Shown: piece by piece, positions 9,281-17,748 of the stretch | Layout of the letters: every line of letters starts with the position of its first letter | Numbering within the stretch: position 1 is the stretch's first letter | From: an uncultured Eubacteriales bacterium | Lineage (GTDB): Bacteria; Bacillota; Clostridia; Oscillospirales; Acutalibacteraceae | DNA length: 64,000 nt | NCBI GenBank assembly: GCA_964540535.1 | Contig: CAZIMO010000002.1 | Coordinates: 216,705 to 280,704, forward strand | Direction: 5' to 3' | Position numbers and translations under genes: made by a program | The notes under the pieces: model-generated | Told to the model about the DNA's origin: nothing | Seen by the model: only the letters and a program-made list of their open reading frames with translations | Database searches by the model: none

Positions 9281-10495
9281 TTATTGTCTGTAATCCTTTA
9301 AGAAATCTGCGAGTGATTCCATTGCCTCGTGCAATACGCTTCTTCTGGGAAGATACACAATTCGTGCGTGGTCGGGTGTTGGATAATTGAAGCCCCTGCC
9401 GTGCATAATAAGTATCTTCTTTTCTTTCAAGAAATCCATAACCATTTTTTCGTCGTCATAGATATTGAACTTTTTCACATCGAATTTCGGGAATATGTAA
9501 AAAGCGGCTTTGGGCTTTACAACCGACACGCCGTCAATGCTTGAAAGTCCTTCATAAACGCATTTACGCTGTTCATAAATTCTTCCGCCGGGTAGCAAAA
9601 GCTCGTCAACGCTTTGCGTTCCGCCGAGAGCAGTCTGAACAATACTCTGCGCAGGCACATTTGAGCAAAGACGCATTGAAGAAAGCAAATTAAGGCCTTG
9701 AATATAGCCTTTAATTTTCTTTTTATCACCGCTGACTACCATCCAGCCCACACGGAAGCCCGCAACTCTGTGGGACTTTGAAAGTCCGTTAAAGCTTATG
9801 CATGGTACATCGGGGTCTATTGAGGCCAGTGCGGTATGTTTAAGTCCATCCATGACAAGACGGTCATAAATTTCATCTGCAAAGAGAATAAGCTCGTGCT
9901 GACGGGCGATTTCAACAATTTCTTTCAAAATTTCGTCGCTGTAAAGAGCGCCCGTAGGGTTGTTGGGGTTGATAATGACAATACCCTTTGTATTAGGAGT
10001 GATTTTACTCTTTATATCGTCAATATCCGGGTTCCACTCGTTAAGCTCATCGCACATATAATGCACGGGAGTTCCTCCTGCAAGGTTTACAGAGGCAGTC
10101 CACAAAGGATAGTCGGGCGCAGGAACCAAAATTTCATCGCTGTGATTTAAAAGTGCCTGCATTGACATTGTAATAAGCTCGCTAACGCCGTTACCTGTGT
10201 AAATATCGTCAATATCAACACCCTTAATACCTTTAAGCTGGCAATACTGCATAATTGATTTTCTTGCTGAGAAAATACCCTTTGAGTCAGAATAGCCTTC
10301 GCACTCGTGAATATTGCAAATCATATCACGGATCATTTCGTCGGGAGCTGTAAATCCAAACGGGGCCGGATTGCCGATATTAAGCTTTAAAATTCTTTCG
10401 CCCTTCAGCTCCATTCGCATTGCTTCTTCCATTACAGGACCGCGTATATCATAGCGAACACAGTCTAACTTTTGGCTTTTGTCAAACTCTCTCAC
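9281..10495 (-). CDS. Class I/II PLP-dependent aminotransferase (alanine aminotransferase-like)
   Basis: 404 aa. KLNIGNP start motif, SFNGLSKSHRVAGFRVGW PLP-lysine region, GRGF near the C-terminus. Confidence 0.85.
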   Translation of the reverse strand: MREFDKSQKLDCVRYDIRGPVMEEAMRMELKGERILKLNIGNPAPFGFTAPDEMIRDMICNIHECEGYSDSKGIFSARKSIMQYCQLKGIKGVDIDDIYTGNGVSELITMSMQALLNHSDEILVPAPDYPLWTASVNLAGGTPVHYMCDELNEWNPDIDDIKSKITPNTKGIVIINPNNPTGALYSDEILKEIVEIARQHELILFADEIYDRLVMDGLKHTALASIDPDVPCISFNGLSKSHRVAGFRVGWMVVSGDKKKIKGYIQGLNLLSSMRLCSNVPAQSIVQTALGGTQSVDELLLPGGRIYEQRKCVYEGLSSIDGVSVVKPKAAFYIFPKFDVKKFNIYDDEKMVMDFLKEKKILIMHGRGFNYPTPDHARIVYLPRRSVLHEAMESLADFLKDYRQ

Positions 10496-10572
10496 AAAAT
10501 CACCTCAATTAACTAAGAAAAAAACAGGCGGATGCCGTTATTGTGCATCCGCCATTTCTTTTGTAACAGAAA

Positions 10573-10857
10573 TTACTGCTCAATAGCGTAAACGCTAACC
10601 TTTTTTCTGTCTTTACCCATTCTCTCAAACTTAACCTTACCGTCGATGAGAGCAAAGAGTGAATCGTCAGAACCGCGGCCTACATTGTTGCCGGGATGAA
10701 TGTGAGTTCCGCGCTGTTTAACAATGATGTTACCTGCAAGAACTGCCTGTCCGTCTGCCTTTTTAACGCCAAGACGCTTTGACTCTGAGTCACGGCCGTT
10801 CTTTGTTGAACCCATACCTTTTTTATGAGCGAATAACTGAATGTTGATTTTAAGCAT
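10573..10857 (-). CDS. rpmA: 50S ribosomal protein L27 with cleavable N-terminal extension
   Basis: [24 protein letters not shown]. The ATG overlaps the prp stop (ATGCTTAA). Confidence 0.95.
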   Translation of the reverse strand: MLKINIQLFAHKKGMGSTKNGRDSESKRLGVKKADGQAVLAGNIIVKQRGTHIHPGNNVGRGSDDSLFALIDGKVKFERMGKDRKKVSVYAIEQ

Positions 10858-11173
10858 CAAAAACACCTCTTTCAAGTTTCAAGTTGTTAGGATACTGACC
10901 CGCCAATTCATTTAGATGTAAATAAAGGCCGTCAGTAATTACTTTTGCTTTGCGGGCATCTTCAAAATTCATTTCAAATTTAAAATACCCATCGGTAACT
11001 TCTGCATTTGCATTGATTTTCATTATTTCAAGAATTGTATTTGCCGCCATATAGACTGCCGAAGAAACTGCGCTGCAAACAATATCCGCGCCCTCTTCGC
11101 CTGCGCCGGAATGACCGCTTAATTCAAAAGAAACAACTGTATTTTCACAAAACAGAAATTTTGATTTTGTCAT
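10850..11173 (-). CDS. prp: Ribosomal-processing cysteine protease Prp
   Basis: [13 protein letters not shown] catalytic motif. Located between rplU and rpmA. Confidence 0.9.
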   Translation of the reverse strand: MTKSKFLFCENTVVSFELSGHSGAGEEGADIVCSAVSSAVYMAANTILEIMKINANAEVTDGYFKFEMNFEDARKAKVITDGLYLHLNELAGQYPNNLKLERGVFDA

Positions 11174-11484
11174 TATGCGTTGATACCGGTAATTTCAACC
11201 TTTGTGTAAGGCTGACGGTGACCCTTTTTGCGTTTCTCGTTCTTCTTTGACTTGTAAGTAAATACTGTAATTTTCTTACCCTTACCGTTCTTGATAACCT
11301 TACCTGTAACTGTTGCGCCCTCAACATAAGGAGCGCCTGCTGTAAGACCTGCATCAGAACCAACTGCGAGAACCTTGTCAAAAGTGATTTCAGCATTCTC
11401 TTCAGCGTCAAGCTTTTCAACGAATACAACATCGCCGTTAGCTACCTTGTACTGCTTGCCGCCTGTAACAATGATTGCGTACAT
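11173..11484 (-). CDS. rplU: 50S ribosomal protein L21
   Basis: [14 protein letters not shown] start, 103 aa. Confidence 0.95.
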   Translation of the reverse strand: MYAIIVTGGKQYKVANGDVVFVEKLDAEENAEITFDKVLAVGSDAGLTAGAPYVEGATVTGKVIKNGKGKKITVFTYKSKKNEKRKKGHRQPYTKVEITGINA

Positions 11485-11577
11485 TTTTCTAACCTACCTT
11501 AAATTATAGACTCGCTATTGAGGGCGGGAAAACTCCGCTTTCAGTATAAAAAGACATACTGCCCCCTAATATGCGGC
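11485..11577 (-). promoter_or_regulatory. Structured 5' leader of the rplU-prp-rpmA operon (probable L21 leader)
   Basis: Sense strand folds as a three-way junction: GGGGGC/GCCCUC closing stem, CAGUAU..AUACUG hairpin and GCGG..CCGC hairpin. Position matches the Firmicute L21 leader. Confidence 0.45.
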
Positions 11578-11583
11578 TTGAAT

Positions 11584-11612
11584 ATAATAACAAAATAAGA
11601 AGTAATTGTCAA
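11584..11612 (-). promoter_or_regulatory. Sigma-A type promoter for the rplU operon
   Basis: Minus strand reads TTGACA, 17 nt, TATTAT. Confidence 0.6.
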
Positions 11613-11723
11613 GAGTTATACAGCAAATTTATTTTAATATAACAATATTACCGTTTATATTTGCAATTATTTGGAAAGTATAGTAAAATACAACACAGAA
11701 AATAATATTTTGAGGTGTCATTT

Positions 11724-12392
11724 ATGGATATTTTGGAAGCTATGCAGCTGCGCCACTCAGTGCGTAAGTATACCGACAAAAAAATTGAGGGCGAGGTACT
11801 TGCCGAATTAAAGTCTGAAATTGAAGCCTGCAACAAAGAAAGCGGGCTGAATATTCAGCTTATTACAGACGAGCCTAACGCTTTCACGGGAATGCTCGCC
11901 CATTACGGAAGCTTTGAGGGTGTACAAAATTATATTGCTCTTGTAGGTGAAAAGAGTGCCGATTTGCAGGAAACAGCGGGATATTACGGCGAAAAAATCG
12001 TACTGAAAGCCCAAATGCTCGGACTTAACACCTGCTGGGTAGCCCTCACCTTCAGCAAACGCAAGTCAAAATACAAGGTAGGCAAAGGCGAAAAGCTTGT
12101 TTGCGTAATCGCAGTGGGCTACGGCGAAAATCACGGCAAGCCGCATAAAAACAGATTTCTCGATTCCGTTTGTACATTCTACGGCGATATGCCCGACTGG
12201 TTCATGAACGGTATGCAGGCTTCACTGCTCGCCCCCACCGCTACCAATCAGCAGAAATTCTGTTTCAGCTTGCTTGACGGCAACAAGGTAAAGGCAGAGG
12301 CAACAGGCGGTTTTTACTCAAAGATCGATTTGGGAATTGTGAAATATCACTTTGAGCTTGGCGCAGGCAAAGAAAATTTTGAGTTTGTGTAA
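11724..12392 (+). CDS. Nitroreductase family protein
   Basis: MDILEAMQLRHSVRKY start motif. RBS GAGGTG 7 nt upstream of the ATG at 11724. Confidence 0.85.
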   Translation: MDILEAMQLRHSVRKYTDKKIEGEVLAELKSEIEACNKESGLNIQLITDEPNAFTGMLAHYGSFEGVQNYIALVGEKSADLQETAGYYGEKIVLKAQMLGLNTCWVALTFSKRKSKYKVGKGEKLVCVIAVGYGENHGKPHKNRFLDSVCTFYGDMPDWFMNGMQASLLAPTATNQQKFCFSLLDGNKVKAEATGGFYSKIDLGIVKYHFELGAGKENFEFV

Positions 12393-12427
12393 TATCACTT
12401 GCAGATAATTATACAGCCATAAAATTA

Positions 12428-12454
12428 AGGGACTGTTTTTCAGTCCCTTTTTTA
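12428..12454 (+). terminator. Rho-independent terminator of the nitroreductase gene
   Basis: AGGGACTG-ttttt-CAGTCCCT followed by TTTTTT. Confidence 0.8.
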
Positions 12455-12467
12455 TATCAGTAATACT

Positions 12468-12674
12468 CTACCTGTTTAAGTGCGGATTGTCAGTTCTTTC
12501 CAATAAATAATCAATCGAAACATTAAAATAATCCGCAAAAGCAATCAAGGTTCTGTAATCTGCCTCTCGCTCGCCGTTTTCATATCTGCTTATACTGTTT
12601 TGATTCATATCAAGGTCTAACGCGAGCTTCAACTGCGATATTCCCTTTTGTTTTCACAAAAATTTCAATCGCAT
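12468..12674 (-). pseudogene. XRE-family HTH regulator interrupted by an in-frame TGA at codon 7
   Basis: MRLKFL*KQKGISQLKLALDLDMNQNSISRYENGEREADYRTLIAFADYFNVSIDYLLERTDNPHLNR. Strong RBS AAGGAG is retained. Confidence 0.8.
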
Positions 12675-12813
12675 ATTCTCACTCCTTATTACTGGTATTT
12701 GATGAATCTGACAATTGTATTACATCGAGTCGTCTTGAAAAACACAGCGGTTTATATAATTGCGTGTTACTATGTCTCAAAAGCTAATCTGCTAAAAAAT
12801 ATATAATCAAAAA

Positions 12814-12849
12814 ACAGCACAGACTGTTCATGCGGCAGCCTGTGCTGTT
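12814..12849 (-). terminator. Rho-independent terminator of the aldolase gene
   Basis: ACAGCACAG..(16 nt)..CTGTGCTGT with a T-run on the minus strand. Confidence 0.7.
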
Positions 12850-12864
12850 TTTATATTCATATTC

Positions 12865-13818
12865 TTAAAAATTATCGAAAAGCTCCTTATAAAATCCGCA
12901 GTAATCCTTACGCTTTTTTTCGGTAAAGGTTATTGCTTCTCTTGGGTGGCGGTTAAGCTGACCCGTAAACATATACTGAAAGTCAAAGCCCCAAATCACA
13001 CCCTGTTCTTTTAAAGGAATCATATAGTTTTCAAGAAATTCAATCAGTGTATAAAAGCTGTATTTGGGATTTTTAAGAAATCCGAGTATCAGTTCCATTG
13101 CACAGTTGCCTGCTCCCCTGCCCATTCCCATTGCTGTTGCGTCAATATAAGAAGCGCCGTATGAAAGCGTTTCAATTGTATTGGCAAAGGCAAGATTTTG
13201 ATTATTGTGACCGTGAAAGCCCACCAATTTACCCGCCGGTTCAGCATATTCAAGATATTTTTTTGCAAGCTCCGCCGCATTTTCCGGATAAAGCGAGCCG
13301 TAGCTGTCAACAAGATAAATCACATCTGCCTTTGAAGTGCAAAGCATTTCAAGCGCTTCGTCAATCTGTGTAAAACTTGCCTGCGAAACCGCCATAATAT
13401 TGCACGAGGTTTCATAGCCTAAATCGTGGAAATAGTTAATCATCTCAATAGCCGCAGGAATTTGGTTAATATAGCAAGCCACACGCACCATATCAATTAC
13501 ACTGTCTTTTTTAGGTATAAAATCGTTTTTGTAATCACAGCGGCCAACATCAGCCATAACGGCAATTTTTAAGTCGGAGTCATTATCGCCGACAATTGCA
13601 CGGATATCATCTTCTTTACAGAACTTCCACTTGCCGAAATCTGCCTCATTAAAAAGCTTTGTGCTTGCGCGGTAGCCGAATTCCATATAATCGACTCCGC
13701 ATTTTATATTTGTTTTATAAAGTTCACGGACAAATTCGTCTGAAAACTCAAAATTGTTACAAAGTCCGCCGTCACGGATAGTTGCGTCAACTACCTTAAC
13801 ATCGGAACGTACACTCAT
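12865..13818 (-). CDS. DRE-TIM metallolyase (HMGL-like / pyruvate carboxyltransferase-domain aldolase)
   Basis: VVDATIRDGG start motif and HGHNNQNLAFANT metal site. The start is either MSVRSD at 13818 or MAPRKG at 13842. The track start at 13872 lies inside repeat copy A. Confidence 0.7.
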   Translation of the reverse strand: MSVRSDVKVVDATIRDGGLCNNFEFSDEFVRELYKTNIKCGVDYMEFGYRASTKLFNEADFGKWKFCKEDDIRAIVGDNDSDLKIAVMADVGRCDYKNDFIPKKDSVIDMVRVACYINQIPAAIEMINYFHDLGYETSCNIMAVSQASFTQIDEALEMLCTSKADVIYLVDSYGSLYPENAAELAKKYLEYAEPAGKLVGFHGHNNQNLAFANTIETLSYGASYIDATAMGMGRGAGNCAMELILGFLKNPKYSFYTLIEFLENYMIPLKEQGVIWGFDFQYMFTGQLNRHPREAITFTEKKRKDYCGFYKELFDNF

Positions 13819-13846
13819 TAAATTACCTTTTCTCGGTGCCATTTTA

Positions 13847-13935
13847 ATCGCCATGCGATACAGTATTCGCACAAAGCACCGTTAAAAAACGGCTTTTTAT
13901 GCGCGGTATCGCTCCTTTCATTGTATTTTTCACAC
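13847..13935 (-). repeat. Copy A of the dispersed ~88-nt leader element
   Basis: Sense strand: GTGTGAAAAATACAATGAAAGGAGCGATACCGCGCATAAAAAGCCGTTTTTTAACGGTGCTTTGTGCGAATACTGTATCGCATGGCGAT, then taaa-ATG. Confidence 0.9.
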
Positions 13936-13991
13936 TATATCTTCTCTTATATTCGCTTTAACGCTTAAAAGCTTGAAAGCAATTTTGATGT

Positions 13992-14020
13992 ATTATAGCA
14001 CTGCAAAATAAATTTGTCAA
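13992..14020 (-). promoter_or_regulatory. Consensus sigma-A promoter driving copy A and the aldolase gene
   Basis: Minus strand reads TTGACA, 17 nt, TATAAT. Confidence 0.7.
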
Positions 14021-14087
14021 TAGGAATAAACTAATGTTCTTATAATCTCAAAATTCAAAACATCTCAACAGTTATACAAAACAGAAA

Positions 14088-14188
14088 GTGAAATAAAATA
14101 AATCCCACACGCCGCAGGCGTATTTCACAGCGTCAGCTATTTCACACACGAAGTGTATTTCACAAATCCCGTAAGGGATTTATTTCAT
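14088..14188. repeat. Array of four short variable hairpins, each followed by TATTTCA(C/T), bounded by an inverted GTGAAATA
   Basis: TATTTCAC at 14121, 14138 and 14156; TATTTCAT at 14181; GTGAAATA at 14088. The intervening palindromes are CGCCGCAGGCG, AGCGTCAGCT, ACACGAAGTGT and AAATCCCGTAAGGGATTT. Confidence 0.8.
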
Positions 14189-14194
14189 TGAAAA

Positions 14195-14214
14195 AGCACT
14201 TCAAAAGAAGTGCT
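14195..14214. terminator. Bidirectional terminator just downstream of the tRNA
   Basis: AGCACTTC-aaaa-GAAGTGCT, flanked by AAAAA and TTTTT. Confidence 0.8.
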
Positions 14215-14220
14215 TTTTCG

Positions 14221-14297
14221 TGGCGTGCCTGACGGGATTCGAACCTGCGACCTTCAGAGTCGGAGTCTGACGCTCTATCCAGCTGAGCTACAAGCAC
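14221..14297 (-). tRNA. tRNA-Arg (anticodon CCG), CCA encoded
   Basis: Cloverleaf read by hand: acceptor GTGCTTG/CAGGCAC, D-arm GCTC..GAGC, anticodon stem TCAGA/TCTGA with loop CTCCGAC, T-loop TTCGAAT, 3' GCCA. Confidence 0.9.
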
Positions 14298-14416
14298 ATA
14301 TATAAATGCCAAACTGCAAATTAAGCCTTTATTTCTTTATTGCAATTCGACATTTTAAATTTTCAAAAACGAGAACCGAATACAATTATGGCGGTTAATA
14401 TAAGAGAAATAAAGCC

Positions 14417-15511
14417 TTATACATTGAAACGGAAGAGTACAATATCTCCGTCTTTCATAACATATTCTTTGCCCTCACTGCGTACAAGGCCTTTTTCCTT
14501 TGCCGCCTGCATTGTTCCGCAAGCCATAAGGTCGTCATAATGGATAACCTCGGCGCGGATAAAGCCACGCTCAAAGTCGGTATGTATTTTACCTGCCGCC
14601 TGCGGTGCTTTTGTGCCTTTTTTGATTGTCCAAGCACGAACCTCGGGCTGACCTGCGGTAAGATATGAGATAAGTCCCAAAAGATTATATGATCGCTGAA
14701 TAAGCAAATCCAGGCCGCCCTGCTGAATACCCAAATCTGCAAGGAACATTTCTTTTTCTTCTTTATCAAGCTCGGCAATCTGCGCTTCAAGCTCTGCACA
14801 GATTGGAAGTGTTTCTGCACCCTCTGCCTTTGCAAGCTCGCAAACCGCATTATAGCGCGCATTTTCACGAATATCATTGGCAAAGTCCTCTTCGCTCATA
14901 TTGCAGGCATAAATTACGGGTTTTGAAGAAAGCAATGCAACGGTTGACATAATTTCACGCTCTTCATCGTCCATTTCAACCGCGCGGGCATTTATACCGT
15001 TCTCTAATTCGCTGCGAAGTCGGTTTAAGAAATCAACCTCTTTTTGAAGTGATTTATCACCCTTTAAAGCCTTTGTGCTGCGGTCAATTCTTCTGTCAAG
15101 AAGCTCAATATCAGAGAGAATAAGCTCAAGATTTATTGTTTCAATATCTCTTTGCGGATTAATACTGCCCTCGACATGGATAATATCGTCATTTTCAAAA
15201 CAGCGAACTACATGAATAATTGCGTCAACCTCACGGATATGGGATAAGAATTTATTGCCTAATCCTTCGCCCTTTGACGCGCCCTTTACAAGACCTGCAA
15301 TATCAACAAATTCGATTGTGGCAGGTGTAATTTTTGCAGGATTATACATTTCTGCAAGCTTATCAATTCTGTAATCGGGAACTGCAACAACGCCCACATT
15401 AGGCTCAATTGTGCAGAACGCATAGTTTGCAGACTGTGCGCCTGCATTAGTTATGGCATTAAAAAGTGTACTTTTACCTACATTGGGAAGTCCGACTATA
15501 CCAAGCTTCAT
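14417..15511 (-). CDS. ychF: Ribosome-binding ATPase YchF
   Basis: [20 protein letters not shown]-loop, 364 aa, C-terminal TGS-like domain. Confidence 0.95.
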   Translation of the reverse strand: MKLGIVGLPNVGKSTLFNAITNAGAQSANYAFCTIEPNVGVVAVPDYRIDKLAEMYNPAKITPATIEFVDIAGLVKGASKGEGLGNKFLSHIREVDAIIHVVRCFENDDIIHVEGSINPQRDIETINLELILSDIELLDRRIDRSTKALKGDKSLQKEVDFLNRLRSELENGINARAVEMDDEEREIMSTVALLSSKPVIYACNMSEEDFANDIRENARYNAVCELAKAEGAETLPICAELEAQIAELDKEEKEMFLADLGIQQGGLDLLIQRSYNLLGLISYLTAGQPEVRAWTIKKGTKAPQAAGKIHTDFERGFIRAEVIHYDDLMACGTMQAAKEKGLVRSEGKEYVMKDGDIVLFRFNV

Positions 15512-15627
15512 TATATCTCTTCCTTAATTTAGTTTTTACTCTAAAAATGAATTATACACTATTGATGAATTTTTTTCAATATGATAAAATAAATAAAAAT
15601 TACACAATTTGGAATTGCGGTGAAAAA

Positions 15628-16305
15628 ATGCTTGAATTTTCAAGAACCGAAAGACTTATCGGCAAAGAAAGTCTTGACAAGCTTAAAAATGCCAATATAA
15701 TTATTTTCGGGCTGGGCGGAGTCGGTTCATATATTGCCGAAGCTTTGGCGCGGTGCGGAATAGGCAAAATGACGGTTGTTGATAAAGACACCGTTGACAT
15801 AACGAATATTAACCGTCAGTTATATGCTCTTCACTCAACTGTCGGTAAAAACAAGGCGGAGATTGCCCAAAGCAGAATTACAGATATTAACCCCGAATGT
15901 GAAGTCACTCCCATTGTCAAAATGTATTTACCCGAAAATTCCGATGAATTTAATCTTTCACAATATGATTATATTGTTGACGCTGTTGACAATGTAACGG
16001 CAAAAATTGATTTGGCGGTAAAATCGCAGGAATTGGGCGTACCGATGCTTGCATCAATGGGTACGGGCAACAAGCTTGACCCCACGGCATTTAAAATAAC
16101 GGATATTTATAAAACAGACACCTGTCCTCTTTGCAGAGTTATGAGAAAAGAATTAAAAACAAGAGGTGTGAAAAAGCTAAAGGTGCTTTATTCAACGGAA
16201 ATACCGCACAATGACGGCGAACGCACTCCTGCAAGCATTTCATTTGTTCCGAGTGCGGCAGGACTTATAATCGCAGGAGAAGTTATAAAGGATTTAATAA
16301 AATAA
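15628..16305 (+). CDS. tcdA: ThiF/MoeB-family tRNA threonylcarbamoyladenosine dehydratase
   Basis: GLGGVGS Rossmann motif and the ...CPLCRVMRKELK motif typical of TcdA. Start taken at MLEFSRTERL. Confidence 0.75.
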   Translation: MLEFSRTERLIGKESLDKLKNANIIIFGLGGVGSYIAEALARCGIGKMTVVDKDTVDITNINRQLYALHSTVGKNKAEIAQSRITDINPECEVTPIVKMYLPENSDEFNLSQYDYIVDAVDNVTAKIDLAVKSQELGVPMLASMGTGNKLDPTAFKITDIYKTDTCPLCRVMRKELKTRGVKKLKVLYSTEIPHNDGERTPASISFVPSAAGLIIAGEVIKDLIK

Positions 16306-16329
16306 GCCAAGCAAAACAAGGTGATACAT

Positions 16330-17697
16330 ATGAAAATAAATCTTAACAACGCTGAAAAATTACAGACTTTAAAGGGTTTTGGCACTTCTGCCTGCTGGTG
16401 GAGCCACTATTGCAAAAATGAAGCTGTTCAAGATGAGATTGCAGAGCTTTTATACGGCGATACAGGGCTTAATCTCAACATTTACCGTTACAACATAGGC
16501 GGCGGAACAGACGATGGCAATTGCAGAGTCGAAAATCCTTGGCGAAGAACCGAAAGTATGTATGTTTATGACCGCGAAGCTCAAGAGGGTCATTGGGATT
16601 ATTCCCTTGACAAAACCGCAAAGGATGTTATGAGAAAATGTCTTGACAAGGGCAATATTGACACTCTTATTGTATTTGCAAATTCGCCCCACTGGTCGCA
16701 GACATCAACAGGTCAGGCGTCGGGCAGTCTTTTATATCACACCTGCAATCTGCCGAAAGCAAATTACAGAAAATTTGCAGATTACTTCTTAACTGCAACC
16801 CAAAGGCTTATTGACGAGGGTTTTCCTGTTAAATATGTAAGTCCCATAAACGAACCTCAATGGAAATGGGGAGGTTCTTATGTCTGGCAGGAGGGCTGTC
16901 ACTATGAACCCGAAGAAATGGCAGAGGTTATGCACATTTTTGCGGAAGAAATAATCAAACGCAATATGAATGTTAAGCTTTACGGTCCGGAAAGCGGAGA
17001 GATGATGGGCCTTACCCACGAATATCTTGAATTACTCAAGAAGGATGAGCTGGTAATGAGCGTTATGCCTGTTTTTGCATACCATTCATATCACGCCGAC
17101 AATGATCCGCAAATAAGAACACAGTTTAAGAATGAATTGGTGCTTTCCCACCCCGAATTACGCTTTGATATGAGCGAATGGTGCGAGCTTCCCAACAAAA
17201 GCCACACAAAAGATTTTAAGGGTGCGTTGATTACCGCAAGAATTATAGGTCAGGATTTAATATATGCAGGTGCTGAAAGCTGGACCTCTTGGGTAGCAGT
17301 AAATCAGTATGCAATTCACGATGACGGCAATGATTATTCTGATGCCACCCTCACGGCAACCAACGATTTCGGCGAATGGTATGTTGCCGAGCGGTATTAC
17401 GGCTTTGCGCACTTTTCAAAATACATACCGCTAAATTCAGTTTGTCTTGACAGCGGATTTTTCCCTGATGAGAAAAACGATTTCAATGTTTTCAGCTTTT
17501 TAACTCCAGAAAAGCAAACCGTTACGGTGATTGTGAACGAAGGAGAAAGCAGAGAAATATCGCTTGACGGCAAATTCCGCAATATGAAAATTATAGAATC
17601 CTGCCAGGAATATAAACTTAAAACGATGTATGACGGCGAATATAAAAACAATATAAAAGTAAACAAAAGCAGCATTATAACTGTAATATGTGAATAA
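16330..17697 (+). CDS. Glycoside hydrolase family 30-like enzyme
   Basis: GFGTSACWW and SPINEPQW motifs typical of GH30. RBS AAGGTGA upstream of the ATG at 16330. Confidence 0.65.
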   Translation: MKINLNNAEKLQTLKGFGTSACWWSHYCKNEAVQDEIAELLYGDTGLNLNIYRYNIGGGTDDGNCRVENPWRRTESMYVYDREAQEGHWDYSLDKTAKDVMRKCLDKGNIDTLIVFANSPHWSQTSTGQASGSLLYHTCNLPKANYRKFADYFLTATQRLIDEGFPVKYVSPINEPQWKWGGSYVWQEGCHYEPEEMAEVMHIFAEEIIKRNMNVKLYGPESGEMMGLTHEYLELLKKDELVMSVMPVFAYHSYHADNDPQIRTQFKNELVLSHPELRFDMSEWCELPNKSHTKDFKGALITARIIGQDLIYAGAESWTSWVAVNQYAIHDDGNDYSDATLTATNDFGEWYVAERYYGFAHFSKYIPLNSVCLDSGFFPDEKNDFNVFSFLTPEKQTVTVIVNEGESREISLDGKFRNMKIIESCQEYKLKTMYDGEYKNNIKVNKSSIITVICE

Positions 17698-17748
17698 GAT
17701 TATCTGCAAAGCAAACGGCGGAAGCATTAAAGCTCCCGCCGCATTTTT

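Noticed and set aside
13847-13935. The 88-nt element as a gene for a conserved micropeptide
   Set aside because: The frame differs in copy C, the start codon is lost in copy D, no SD precedes it, and substitutions follow RNA pairing rather than codon logic. Only the stop/start geometry is kept as a separate low-weight finding.
14088-14188. CRISPR array
   Set aside because: The repeated unit is only 8 nt. The variable parts are 9-18-nt palindromes rather than spacers. No cas genes or leader are present anywhere in the window.
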